64,000 nucleotides of DNA from Terriglobia bacterium (GTDB lineage Bacteria; Acidobacteriota; Terriglobia; Bryobacterales; Bryobacteraceae), in NCBI GenBank assembly GCA_963767595.1, contig CAVYEK010000021.1, positions 33,658 to 97,657 of the forward strand. Direction: 5' to 3'. The position numbers were made by a program, and so were the translations under genes. The notes under the pieces are model-generated. The model did not search any database. It worked only from the letters and a program-made list of their open reading frames with translations, and had not been told where the DNA came from. This document shows, piece by piece, positions 54,376 to 63,949 of the stretch (positions are counted from its first letter, which is position 1; the number at the start of each line of letters is the position of its first letter).

Positions 54376-55251
54376 ATGATGAAGCCGACTCTGCTGGCAG
54401 CGGTCCTCGCCGTACCGCTGCTGGCCCCGATGGCCATGTCCTGGGAGGCCGCCAGCCCGCCCCGCATCCTGGTGCACGGCCACCGAGGGGCGCGCGCCAT
54501 GCGCCCGGAGAACACCATCCCCGCGTTCGAGTACGCCATCGCCCAGGGCGTGGATGCGCTCGAAATGGATATGGCGGTCACTCGCGACAATGTTCTCGTC
54601 ATTTCCCACGACCCGATTCTGCGCCCGCCCGTGTGCAGCGGTCCGCGGGATCAGGCGCTCATTCACAGCCTGACGTTCGCCGAGGTTCGCCAGTGGGATT
54701 GCGGCGCGGTCCGCAATCCCGCATTTTCCACGCAGACGCCTATCCCCGGCACGCGCATGCCCACCCTCGACGAGGTCTTCCAGTTGGCTCCCCTGGGCGG
54801 CTTCGACTACAACATCGAAACCAAGAGCTTTCCCGACCACCCCGAGTGTACGCCCCCGCCCGAGGAGTTCGTGCGCCTGGTGCTCGCCGCTGTGCGCCAG
54901 CGCCACATCGAGAAGCGCATCATTCTGCAGTCCTTCGATTTCCGCACCCTGGTGGCCATGCGCCGGCAGGCCCCCGAGATCCGTCTCTCGGCCCTCACCG
55001 AAACCGACCCGCGCCCATTCGCCGCCATCGCCGAGGAAGCCGGCCAGGCCGAAATCGTCTCGCCCGAATTCCACCTGGTCACCGCCGCCAAGGTGGAAGC
55101 CGCGCACCAGGCCGGCCTTCATGTGGTCCCTTGGACGGTCAACCAGGAAGCCGATTGGGACCGCCTCATCGCCGCCCGCGTGGACGCCATCATCACTGAT
55201 AATCCTGCCGCCTTAATCGCCTATCTCAAGGGAAGAGGCCTGCGCCCCTGA
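54376..55251 (+). CDS. glpQ: secreted glycerophosphodiester phosphodiesterase
   Basis: 291 aa. Signal peptide, then 'HGHRGARAMRPENTIPAFEYAIAQGVDALEMDMAVTRDNVLVISHD' (GDPD signature). Confidence 0.9.
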   Translation: MMKPTLLAAVLAVPLLAPMAMSWEAASPPRILVHGHRGARAMRPENTIPAFEYAIAQGVDALEMDMAVTRDNVLVISHDPILRPPVCSGPRDQALIHSLTFAEVRQWDCGAVRNPAFSTQTPIPGTRMPTLDEVFQLAPLGGFDYNIETKSFPDHPECTPPPEEFVRLVLAAVRQRHIEKRIILQSFDFRTLVAMRRQAPEIRLSALTETDPRPFAAIAEEAGQAEIVSPEFHLVTAAKVEAAHQAGLHVVPWTVNQEADWDRLIAARVDAIITDNPAALIAYLKGRGLRP

Positions 55252-55454
55252 GCCGCCCGAACGCTGGAGTGCATCGCCCACCTCCCTGTTGCGGCCCCCG
55301 CTCGCGGCCACGGAGTCTTTGGTTCTGGCCAACCCGGCGCGCCCCGGAGGGAACGGCATTCGTATTGCGCCGGAAGCGTCTGGCATGTCCCGCCGGCCAA
55401 CCACTTCGAGTATCTTGCCAGCGGCGCAAGGCCGCCCATGCCTCCCGCCGTCCG

Positions 55455-55739
55455 CTACATCCCGGCGGTGGACCTGGCAATCCACGTCAGGTAGAGGTAT
55501 ATTCCAGCCAGGGCGATGAGGTACGCCACCGTCGCCGCGGTCAGCAGTTTACCCCACTTGTCGATCGCTTCGAGTTTGTGGGCCATCGCCACTTGCCGGG
55601 GGATCATGACTTCGTCCGCCAGCACGTGAATCGAATCCATTTCGTTACTGGCAGCCCGCTTCCGCCAGATGATCATGGCCAGGACCGCCAGCACGAGTAC
55701 TACGCCGATGCTGATGAATGGTATCCAACTGGATTTCAT
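55455..55739 (-). CDS. small two-TM membrane protein (94 aa)
   Basis: ATG 55739 with a GAGGAGG RBS. 'MKSSWIPFISIGVVLVLAVLAMIIW' and 'LLTAATVAYLIALAGIYLYL'. Confidence 0.5.
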   Translation of the reverse strand: MKSSWIPFISIGVVLVLAVLAMIIWRKRAASNEMDSIHVLADEVMIPRQVAMAHKLEAIDKWGKLLTAATVAYLIALAGIYLYLTWIARSTAGM

Positions 55740-55827
55740 GGCTCGCCTCCTCTTACTGGTAGCCGATTCAGATATACACCAGATGAAGGCCGCGGGCAAG
55801 CGGTATTCTTGGCGCCGGCGCAATTCC

Positions 55828-58551
55828 TCACTTCTCGAACTCGGCCATCCATACGTCGGCTTCGGTGGTGCTCACGCTGAAATAAATCCGCCGATCGTCG
55901 GGGCTCAGCGCGAACCCCCGGCGGGCGATCTCCTCGGGCATGGCCGACACGAGTTCCTTCGATCTTCCGGACTCGCCGTCCAACAGGCAAATCTTCCCCT
56001 GGTTCAGGAACAACAGGCGGCGGCTGTCGCTCAGCCACGCCGGATCCGAGCCATGCCCGGTCAACTTGCGGAATGTCCGCGAGTCCGGCGAATAGAGTAC
56101 AACCCCGTCATCCCGGTTGAGGAAGCCGGCCAACGTATGCCCATCGGGCGACCAGTTCCATCCGCTGAAGACCTGTCCCTGGCCCGGGAACGGCGGCAAC
56201 TTCTCGGGTGTCTGGGCGCCCCAAGGCTTCCCGTTCACGATGAGAAAGGTGTTCAGGCCGAACAGCGTGTAAGCCATGCGCTTGCCGTCGGCCGACCATA
56301 CCGGCCAGGCGACGTTGTACCCCCCCAAGCTGGTAACCTGGTGAAACTCGGCGCCCTCCGGGTCGGTCGTCCATATCTCCCAAGCGCCGCTACGGGTCGA
56401 AAAGAACGCGATCCGCTTGCCATCGGGGGACCAGCGCGGGCCGCGGTTGCGCTGCTTGCCGCTGGTGAGCTGGCGCAAGCCCGAGCCATCCGCGCGCGTC
56501 ACAAACAGGTGCTCTTCCTGCTCCGTGGAGTTGTAAGCCAGCCACTTGCCGTCGGGCGACAGCGACGGACGGGACGCCCCTTTCGCGCTTCGGACGATCT
56601 CCTTCGGTTCGCCCATCACGACTTCCCGCTCCGGATCGAACAGGACCGCGTTCAAGTGCCCCGTGGTCATCTGGCTTACGTACGCCATGCGCCGCCCGTC
56701 GCCGGAAAAACTGAGGTGCGCCGGATAATCTCCGGGCGTGCGAACGGGCTCCGGCTCTCCGCGCGGTTCACCGGTGCTTTTCTTCATCGGCATCCGCCAG
56801 ATGGCCATGTTCCCGCCGCGGTTGCTGCAATAATACAGCCAGGCGCCATCCGGCGACCATACCGGATCCCAGTCCAGGAAAGCGTCTCGCGTAATTCGGA
56901 CTGGCGGACCGCCGGACGCCCGCACGGTCCACAAATCGCGATTCCCATCCCGGTCGATGGCCCAGTATGCCAGGTACTGACCGTTCGGGGACCACCGCGG
57001 CTGTACGCCGTCATCCTGGCTCACCAGCCGTTTGCGCCCGCTCGAAACATCCACCGTCCAAAGCTGGCTGACTCTCGCGGACCGGTCCTCGGGACGCGTG
57101 ATGCTTTCTTCGGCATAGGCAATCTCCCGGCCATCGGGAGACCACGCCGGGTTGTACCCCGAGTCCGCGATGCGCCGGACGCCGGCGCCGTCGCGGTCGA
57201 TGATGAAGATCCCCCCGCCACCGCGGTCGGAACGGAACGCAATGGAGCGGCCGTTGGGTGAAAAAGCCGGTTGCGTATCGTCCGCGGACGAATCCTTCGT
57301 GAGATCGATCGCCTCGGCCGATCCGATCTGTTGAAGATAGATGTCCCAGTTACCCGTCGCCTTGCTTGCATAGACCACGGCTTTCCCGTCGGGTGACAGG
57401 CTGGGGAACAACTCCGCGCCCGGGTCATCGGTGATCTGCGCAAAGACGCTCCCTTCCACCGACCGCCGCGCGCGGCGCGACCCCCAATAGAAGTACGCCA
57501 ATAGCATTCCCAGCGCCAGGCACAGCGCAGCCGCGGCGATCCGCACGCCATAATGGCGGAGCCGTCCGCCAGGCCCGGCCGCCGGCGCCGCCGGAATCGG
57601 CTGCCTTCCGGCGGCTTCGAGCGCGAATCCCAAATCCTGCGCCGACTGGAAACGGTCCGCCGGCGCCTTCTCCACGCAGTGCAGAATGATGCGTTGGAGC
57701 GCATCCGGAATCGCCGCTCCGCCTTCGCAAAGTTCGGCGGCATCGGCATTCAGGATCGCGCCGATCGAATCCATCGGCGATCCCCGGTCGAAAAGGTCGC
57801 GCCCGGCCAGCATACGGTACAGCACCGCGCCGAACGCGAACACATCCGATCGAGGGTCCACCGGTTCACCCCGGATTTGTTCCGGCGACATGTAGTGTGG
57901 CGTGCCCGCGATCTCATGGCGCACGGTAACGGTTTCCGGGCCGCCGCCGGCGGGCGTCTTGCGCGCCAGGCCGAAGTCCAGCAGCTTGACCGTGCCCTCG
58001 CGCGTGATCATGATATTGCCGGGTTTCAGATCGCGGTGCACCACGCCCGCCCGGTGCGCGCACGCCAGAGCTTGCGCGATCTCGATCCCGTACGCGACGG
58101 CCTGTTTCGCCGGCAGCCCCGCCGGCGGAATTATCTCATTGAGGGGCCGCCCGTCCACGTATTCCATGGCGATGAAGTCGATATCGCGGTCGCTGCCGAT
58201 GTCGTACACCGCGACTATGTTCGGCTGGACAAGGGCGGACGCCGCGCGCGCTTCGCGCACCAGGTATTGACGCCGGACGGGGTCGCCTACCCGCTCCGGG
58301 CGCAAAACCTTCAGGGCTACGCGGCGGTCGAGGCGCGTGTCCCACGCGCGGTAGACTACGCCCATGCCGCCCTGTCCGATCTTGCCTTCCACGCGGTACG
58401 GCCCCAGCATTTCGCCGCGCGCCAGGTCCGGGAGCTCCGTTCCGGCCAGAGCGCCGAGCAGCGGATTCTTCGAGCGGTTCGCGTTCCGCTTCGAGCAGCC
58501 GCTGAACCTGTTCGCACAGGCTCGGATCGGAGGCCAAGGTCCGTTCCACAA
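55828..58551 (-). CDS. Ser/Thr protein kinase with one TM and a TolB-like (PD40/WD40-like) beta-propeller region; the N-terminal segment is in another frame (apparent frameshift)
   Basis: 'GQGGMGVVYRAWD', 'VALKVL', 'HRDLKPGNIM', 'DFGLAR' and 'GTPHYMSPEQ'. Repeated 'P.WSPDG..IAF/AY' blades. The conserved N-terminal 'MTPQRWARLKDVFGAALELPEAERRDF' lies in the frame of ORF 58136..58675. Confidence 0.85.
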   Translation of the reverse strand: MWNGPWPPIRACANRFSGCSKRNANRSKNPLLGALAGTELPDLARGEMLGPYRVEGKIGQGGMGVVYRAWDTRLDRRVALKVLRPERVGDPVRRQYLVREARAASALVQPNIVAVYDIGSDRDIDFIAMEYVDGRPLNEIIPPAGLPAKQAVAYGIEIAQALACAHRAGVVHRDLKPGNIMITREGTVKLLDFGLARKTPAGGGPETVTVRHEIAGTPHYMSPEQIRGEPVDPRSDVFAFGAVLYRMLAGRDLFDRGSPMDSIGAILNADAAELCEGGAAIPDALQRIILHCVEKAPADRFQSAQDLGFALEAAGRQPIPAAPAAGPGGRLRHYGVRIAAAALCLALGMLLAYFYWGSRRARRSVEGSVFAQITDDPGAELFPSLSPDGKAVVYASKATGNWDIYLQQIGSAEAIDLTKDSSADDTQPAFSPNGRSIAFRSDRGGGGIFIIDRDGAGVRRIADSGYNPAWSPDGREIAYAEESITRPEDRSARVSQLWTVDVSSGRKRLVSQDDGVQPRWSPNGQYLAYWAIDRDGNRDLWTVRASGGPPVRITRDAFLDWDPVWSPDGAWLYYCSNRGGNMAIWRMPMKKSTGEPRGEPEPVRTPGDYPAHLSFSGDGRRMAYVSQMTTGHLNAVLFDPEREVVMGEPKEIVRSAKGASRPSLSPDGKWLAYNSTEQEEHLFVTRADGSGLRQLTSGKQRNRGPRWSPDGKRIAFFSTRSGAWEIWTTDPEGAEFHQVTSLGGYNVAWPVWSADGKRMAYTLFGLNTFLIVNGKPWGAQTPEKLPPFPGQGQVFSGWNWSPDGHTLAGFLNRDDGVVLYSPDSRTFRKLTGHGSDPAWLSDSRRLLFLNQGKICLLDGESGRSKELVSAMPEEIARRGFALSPDDRRIYFSVSTTEADVWMAEFEK

Positions 58552-58626
58552 AGTCCCGCCGCTCTGCTTCCGGCAATTCGAGCGCGGCCCCGAAAACGTC
58601 TTTAAGCCGGGCCCAGCGTTGGGGCG

Positions 58627-59208
58627 TCATCGCCCGCGTATCTCCAGGTGCAGCCATGCCTTGGCCATGGCCCATTCCCGCTTCACCGTACGCGGCGAGA
58701 TGGCCAGGGCCTGGGCCGTCTCCTCCACCGTCATTCCGCAGAAATACCGCAGCTCCACCACCCGCGCCTGCTGCAAATCCAAATCAGCCAGCCGCGTCAA
58801 GGCTTCGTCCACCGCCAGCAACTCCTCCGACTGCCCGATGTCAAGGCCAACTTCGCACCGGTCCAGATCGAGCGCCATCTCGCCGCCGCCGCGCTTAGTG
58901 GCGACTCGCTGCCGGGCGTAGTCCACCAGAATCCGCCGCATCGCCTGCCCCGCCACGGCCATGAAGTGAGCGCGGTTCCGCCAATCCGCCTTCTGTCCGG
59001 CCAGCCGCAGGTACGCCTCATTCACCAGCGCCGTGGGCTGCAGGGTATGCCCCTCGCGCTCGTCCTGGAGGAGATGGGCCGCCAGCCGCTTCAGTTCCTG
59101 GTATACCAGCGGAACCAGCCTCGGGAGGGCATCGCTGTTGCCCTGACCGATTTCGGCCAGCAGCGCGGTCACCTCGCCCGGATTGGCCATGGGATGCTCG
59201 AAGGTCAT
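58627..59208 (-). CDS. ECF-type sigma-70 family factor (kinase-associated type)
   Basis: 'ALPRLVPLVYQELKRLAAHLL' (region 2) and 'ISPRTVKREWAMAKAWL' (region 4). Its stop forms an ATGA overlap with the kinase N-terminal ATG at 58630. Start is ATG 59208 or 59190; the longest ORF reaches 59247. Confidence 0.85.
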   Translation of the reverse strand: MTFEHPMANPGEVTALLAEIGQGNSDALPRLVPLVYQELKRLAAHLLQDEREGHTLQPTALVNEAYLRLAGQKADWRNRAHFMAVAGQAMRRILVDYARQRVATKRGGGEMALDLDRCEVGLDIGQSEELLAVDEALTRLADLDLQQARVVELRYFCGMTVEETAQALAISPRTVKREWAMAKAWLHLEIRGR

Positions 59209-59847
59209 TGTAGCTGCAATTCGCCGCCGGCCACCACGGGCGATCAAGACCCGCTTTTTCCGCGCACTTGCGGGGGCCCTATCCCGAGATGGGCAACCTG
59301 CGGACCCGCAGGCGGCCGTTTCGAAAGACAGCGACGCACCCGGCCAACAGTTTTGGCTCCAGCGGGGGCAGTGCTGGGAGCAGCTCGGCGGACTCTGCCC
59401 GAGCAGTCGATCAAGGACATGAAGACAACCCAGACGCGAGGCTGGGGCAAGGTAACACCGGTTTTGCCGCCGCTGCCTGGGGAACCGTACTAAGGGCGTC
59501 CTTTCAAGAGTTCGGCGACGTCACTTGGCCTGCGCCTCGGTGCACAGGCGAGCCGGCCGATGCTGACGGATGTGTGTTCCGGGCTGGGGCGAAGCTGCGG
59601 AAAGAGCCAATTTGGCGGCTCATCAGCTTGAAGATGGCTGCCTCTTAGGATGGGATCTCATCTCTGTTCTGTTTTTTTTCCCGGCATCTGGCTTTGGGGG
59701 CCTTGCCGGGGCTGTAGGAACCGGTTCCTTTCTCCTCGCGAGGAGGAGAACAAGCCACTATGGCCGCCTTACGAACGTTGCTCCACGTATGAATCCGACT
59801 TTGCAGCCCCCGCGCGGTATTGGGCGCCGGACGTGGTCCCGAAACGA

Positions 59848-59879
59848 GCTGCTTCTCGGCGAGCGAGCAGCCTTTTTTC
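59848..59879 (+). terminator. intrinsic-terminator-like hairpin plus T6 run in a gene-less, lower-GC stretch
   Basis: gctgct...agcagc stem (59848-59871) followed by cttttttcg. No convincing upstream CDS, because the only ORFs there have low GC3. Confidence 0.4.
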
Positions 59880-60194
59880 GATTTCAGAGTAGCAGGGGGG
59901 TTTGGGCGGGGTTTGCGGACGGGGCGGGCAAGTGGTTGAAAAGGATGGGTGAATAATTTTACGAGGGTTGTGATCGACTTGCAAAACTCCCAGGAAAGGG
60001 CCTTGACAAGGAGGCGTCGGCTGTGAAACGGAGAGTTTTTGCGGCCACCTGACGATTTTCGTCTTTTCAGGCTTGCTTATGGGCAGCGAGGCCTGTTTGC
60101 GCGCTGAAGAAGGGCACGCCGCGACCGGACCTCGTTGGTCGCGGTCATGTTTTCGACTTCTAATTTGAGTATTAAAGAACTTTTCGGTATATAT

Positions 60195-61358
60195 TTAACC
60201 TGGCTTGCCCATCCTCAGCCATTGGTCCACGGTCAGCGCCAGCACCCCGAACATCAGATGCGCCATGACCTTGGCTGCGCCGCGAACCCGGAGGTGACTT
60301 GCTCCAAACTCATCCTTCAGACGCGCGTTCACCCGCTCGACCATGGTCCGCTCCTTGAAGCGCTCCTGCTGCGCCCAGGTGAGCTCCGGAGTCGGCGCGA
60401 CAGGAAACACTTTCGGCAGTTGGGAGGGCTTCTTGGTCCCCCGGCGCGGGTGCGGCGCGACGATCGGCACGTGGTTCAGCTTCCGGCTGTGGGCGTGCAG
60501 GCCGTCCGCGTCATAGGCCGAGTCCATAAGGTCGTAGAGGTAGACTACCCGCTGAGAGGTCATCGTCATCAACGGAATGGCCACCTGCGAATCGTGCACG
60601 CTGGCGCTGGTGAGCACCGCGCTGATGGGAACCTGCCCATCGGCGACGTCCAAGTGGAGTTTGTAACCGCGCCAGTAATGCTCGTGGCCCTGGCTGTTCT
60701 TCTTGGCGCCGATGTCGCATTGCCGCGGCAGATCGGCCAGCATGACCTCCAGTTTTTGATGCGGCTGGCGCTGAATGCGTTTGCCGCGTTCACTGGCTTT
60801 GGCTCTGGTGTGGAAGCCTTTGCGCGGTTTTCGTTTGGGCTTCTTGGCGGCCCGCTTCCGCTCCCTCACCGCTTCCGGGAAGCGCTCCCGCGCCGGGATG
60901 GCGGTGGAGTCCCGAGCAATGTGGCCGATGAGACGCTGGTTCTGGGTGGCCTGAACGACTGCCTCATGCAGGCGCTCGGGCAATCGGCCAGCCGCAAATT
61001 CGGCAAAGGCGCGCGAAAACTTGGATTCGTGCGGCAAGGCGCCCGGACTGCGCCAGCCGCAGAATTGGCGCAGCGCCCGGTCCACCCGCAGACGACCCAT
61101 GAGGTCGCGTGTGGTGGGCAGATTGAAGATGGCTTTGGCGATGAAAGCTGTGGCCAGAGCCGCCCGATCTTTGGCTGGCCGGCCGGTGCGGGCGCGACGC
61201 GCGCCCAACCATCCAGCCAACGGGGCCAAGGCAACCACAGAAGCCAGCAACTCCAATTGCGGGCTCAGGCCGCCGACGGCGGCCTCCAGGTGCGGAAACA
61301 GTTGCTGTTGAAGAACGTGGCCGAATTGCAACACGGCTTGGCGGGGTGTAAGCTGCAT
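60195..61358 (-). mobile_element. IS4/IS5-superfamily DDE transposase ORF (387 aa); IS ends not resolved
   Basis: 'HIARDSTAIPA', 'WRGYKLHLDV...PISAVLTSASVHDSQ', 'YLYDLMDSAYDA' and 'ERTMVERVNARLKDEFG' are DDE_Tnp_1-type blocks. AT-rich flanks at 60145-60194 and 61359-61500. Confidence 0.85.
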
Positions 61359-61550
61359 TAGGGGTTGGCTCGGGAATCGGTTTTGTTTGGCGACAACACC
61401 TTACCGTAGCTCAACCCCCTTCTCTTTCAAACAACTTCCCCCGGATTTGTTTCAACTTTTCGGCCCTGAGTTTTGCAAGAGGCTCTTGTGACTCAAAAGG
61501 TATGCCGCCCAATTTCCCGGTTTTCCGGACCGGTTTTCGGGGTTCAATGG

Positions 61551-61583
61551 GAGAAAATCGCGCAGTTCTGAACTGCGCGATTT
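61551..61583 (-). terminator. intrinsic terminator of higBA
   Basis: 13-bp perfect stem aaatcgcgcagtt / aactgcgcgattt (61555-61567 / 61571-61583). On the minus strand it is followed by TTTTCTCCC. It lies ~50 nt after the higA stop. Confidence 0.55.
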
Positions 61584-61635
61584 CCTTCGCCGAGAACGGG
61601 CATTCCGCTGTGTTCCTCTTTCCCCCCGGCTCGGT

Positions 61636-61938
61636 TTAGGCCGCCGTCCGTGGCAGCACTTCCATTTCAATCCGCGGCCGGATCTCCTGGCTGGCGACCT
61701 CGAGATCGTACGCGACCTGCAGGTTCAACCAGTACTGTGGCGACGTGCCGAAATACCGCGCCAGACGCATCGCGGTGTCCACCGTGATGGCCCGCTTGCC
61801 GTTGACGATCTCGCTGATCCGGTTCATCGGAACCCGGAGTGCGCGCGCCAGTTCGTTCAGGCTGACGCCAATCTCAGCGAGTTCGTCCCGGAGAAGTTCG
61901 CCCGGGTGGATGGGAGGCAATTTCCTTCGCTGCGCCAT
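61636..61938 (-). CDS. higA: HigA-family antitoxin (XRE helix-turn-helix)
   Basis: 100 aa. 'IHPGELLRDELAEIGVSLNELARALRVPMNRISEIVNGKRAITVDTAMRLARYFGTSPQYWLNLQ'. Confidence 0.85.
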   Translation of the reverse strand: MAQRRKLPPIHPGELLRDELAEIGVSLNELARALRVPMNRISEIVNGKRAITVDTAMRLARYFGTSPQYWLNLQVAYDLEVASQEIRPRIEMEVLPRTAA

Positions 61939-61949
61939 GGTTCTCCTTC

Positions 61950-62228
61950 CTAGTGGTAGTCGACGATCTCGACGTTATGCGCGTTTCCTTCCCGCCATGA
62001 AAAGCAAATCCGCCAGCGGTCGTTGATACGTATGGTGTGCTGACCAGCCCGGTCGCCTTTCAGCGCCTCCAGTCCGTTGCCCCGAATGGCCCCCAGGTCC
62101 GTGAGGCTGGTGGCCGCACCCAGCCAGCGCAGGCGCTTTCGCGCCCGCTCTTCGATCCCACGAAACTTGCGGCTGCCATATCCTTCGCAGATCGCCTCGG
62201 TTTCCCGGCATCGGAAGGAGCGAATCAT
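61950..62228 (-). CDS. higB: HigB-family toxin (RelE/ParE superfamily)
   Basis: 'MIRSFRCRETEAI...LEALKGDRAGQHTIRINDRWRICFSWREGNAHNVEIVDYH'. ATG 62228 confirmed. 11-nt gap to higA. Confidence 0.85.
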   Translation of the reverse strand: MIRSFRCRETEAICEGYGSRKFRGIEERARKRLRWLGAATSLTDLGAIRGNGLEALKGDRAGQHTIRINDRWRICFSWREGNAHNVEIVDYH

Positions 62229-62422
62229 ACACGTCAAACATACTATGTGACGCGTACTGAGTCAACCGGGGCCAGACGCGCAGCCGCCGCCGCCGAAGAC
62301 GTTGGCGCCCCACGGGAGCCCCGAGCTTCCTTCTGTCAGGCCGTCCGTTCGCCCGATTTGTCCACCGCCTCCGGCCCTGCGAGGGAAACGCCGGCGGCAA
62401 AGACCGCCGGCGCTACCGAGCT

Positions 62423-63949
62423 TTAGTGCCGGCCGAAGCGCCGCCCCGCCCCGCTGGGCATGTGGAAGGAGCGCGGCGCCGGCGCTGAGTGGAAAGATGG
62501 CATGGCCGGGCGCGGGTTGCTTCCGAAGCTTCTCGGCGCGCTGCCTCCCGGCTGGCGGCTCGACGGCGTGGCGTAGGGCGAATCGCGGAACGTACCGGGC
62601 TTGCTGGCGAACGGGGAATTCTTGAACCCGCCGCCCTTAGCGTACGAACTGCCGGAGTAGGTCTGCCTGGTGGTTGAGCCCTGGGTCCCGTATCTTTGAC
62701 CGGCGCCACCTTCGTTGCCATAGTAGGTCTGGCCGCGCGTCTGATAGCCGCGGTAGCCTTCCCAATCGCCGCGTTCTATGGGGCGATAGTTGTGGTTGAA
62801 CAGCAGGTCGCGCATGAGCGCGTACTCGCCGTAGAAAACCCAGAAATCGCGGCCGCCGCTGTGGTCCCAATAACCGTACTGATTGCGGCCCTGCGCGAGC
62901 GGGGCCATGTAGGCGAAGCCGGCGGGCTGGGCCACGCGGTCGGATTCGAAATCGTATTTGCCGGCGGGCTTGTGCTCCACAGCCATGCCCAGGTCATTGC
63001 GCATGGCATCATAAATGGAGGGGGAAACCGCCACCCAGTTTTCGTCTGAGGAGGTGGCGCCGGTCTTGGCGGAGGCATCGGCAAGCTGGGTCCTGACGGT
63101 GCGGATCTTCTGCTGATATTCCTTGGACCCGCTTCCGCGGCGCTCCATATCGACCAGCAGCTTGTCCCAGGAATAATACAACTGGGCGCTCAGGGCCTTC
63201 ACCTCGGCGGCCTTTGGCGGCAGATCGGCGGCGGCGGTCTTCAACTGGTCGGCGGCTCCGAACAGGACCCCGAAATCGAGCCCGGCGTAGTTCCCGGAGG
63301 CCGCCTGGCGGCGGGCCTCGGCGCTTGATTGCCAGGCGCGCTCGCCCTGGGCGGACAGGTCGCTTGCGGCGGCCAGGCGGGCGTCCAGATCGGCCTTCTT
63401 CTCGGGCCAATCGGTGGCCGCCTTGCGTTCCGTGGCCGATAGCGCCGCGAGGTCGAAATCGTGGACCGTGCGGTAGTCGCGCTCCATCTCCGAAAGAGCG
63501 GTGGGCAGGTGCTGCTTGAGATCCACCCAGTGATCGGCTTCCTGGCGTACGCCGGAGGCCCCGGCGGCCGCATTCGAACGCTCGGCGCCCTCCTGGGCGA
63601 GGAGCGTCTCCACGCGCTGGCGGTCCTGGCGGCGGTTCTGTTTCTCGAGCAGCGAAAGCTGGTCCATATCGCGCCCGGCGGAGGTCAGCAGCGCGGCTGC
63701 CTTTTCGAAGCGTTCGGGGTACTGGCGGCTGGAAGGGATGCCGGAAAAAAGCGCGGATTCCGATTGCAACTCGCGGACGACCGCGTCCTGGGCGGAGCGG
63801 ATTCCGGTCTGCGCCGAAGCCAACTGGGAACGCTCGGCGTCGATCTGCTTGCGCAGATCGCGCGGCAGGTTGTCGAACCCCGCCATGATCACCACGAGGA
63901 TCAGGATCGAAAGAACGACGGCCAGAAACTTGAGACTGGATCTGCTCAT
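62423..63949 (-). CDS. hypothetical membrane-anchored protein (N-terminal TM, helical region, Gly/Tyr/Ser/Arg-rich C-terminus)
   Basis: 508 aa. 'LKFLAVVLSILILVVIMAG' TM. Coiled-coil-like middle. 'YGYWDHSGGRDFWVFYGEY' block and a low-complexity tail. I recognise no family. Confidence 0.6.
   Translation of the reverse strand: MSRSSLKFLAVVLSILILVVIMAGFDNLPRDLRKQIDAERSQLASAQTGIRSAQDAVVRELQSESALFSGIPSSRQYPERFEKAAALLTSAGRDMDQLSLLEKQNRRQDRQRVETLLAQEGAERSNAAAGASGVRQEADHWVDLKQHLPTALSEMERDYRTVHDFDLAALSATERKAATDWPEKKADLDARLAAASDLSAQGERAWQSSAEARRQAASGNYAGLDFGVLFGAADQLKTAAADLPPKAAEVKALSAQLYYSWDKLLVDMERRGSGSKEYQQKIRTVRTQLADASAKTGATSSDENWVAVSPSIYDAMRNDLGMAVEHKPAGKYDFESDRVAQPAGFAYMAPLAQGRNQYGYWDHSGGRDFWVFYGEYALMRDLLFNHNYRPIERGDWEGYRGYQTRGQTYYGNEGGAGQRYGTQGSTTRQTYSGSSYAKGGGFKNSPFASKPGTFRDSPYATPSSRQPGGSAPRSFGSNPRPAMPSFHSAPAPRSFHMPSGAGRRFGRH

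Noticed and set aside
45499-57261. Long antisense ORFs 45499..47223(-), 52292..54358(-) and 55669..57261(+)
   Set aside because: They are shadows of the SpoIIE phosphatase, the TonB receptor and the beta-propeller kinase respectively.
58136-58675. 179-aa ORF as an independent gene
   Set aside because: Only its residues from 'MTPQRW' to about 'EPLEE' look real. The rest is an out-of-frame reading of the kinase domain. I interpret it as the displaced N-terminus of the kinase (see the frameshift finding).
59650-59892. 80-aa ORF in the gene-poor stretch
   Set aside because: It has no RBS, low third-position GC unlike all confident genes here, and a terminator hairpin inside its 3' end.
60178-61463. 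10-bp direct repeat aacttttcgg (60178-60187 and 61454-61463) as the IS target-site duplication
   Set aside because: No inverted repeats abut these copies, and they lie inside the AT-rich ends rather than outside them. The only IR-like match (tttgagt..., about 60163 versus about 61490) is too weak to call.
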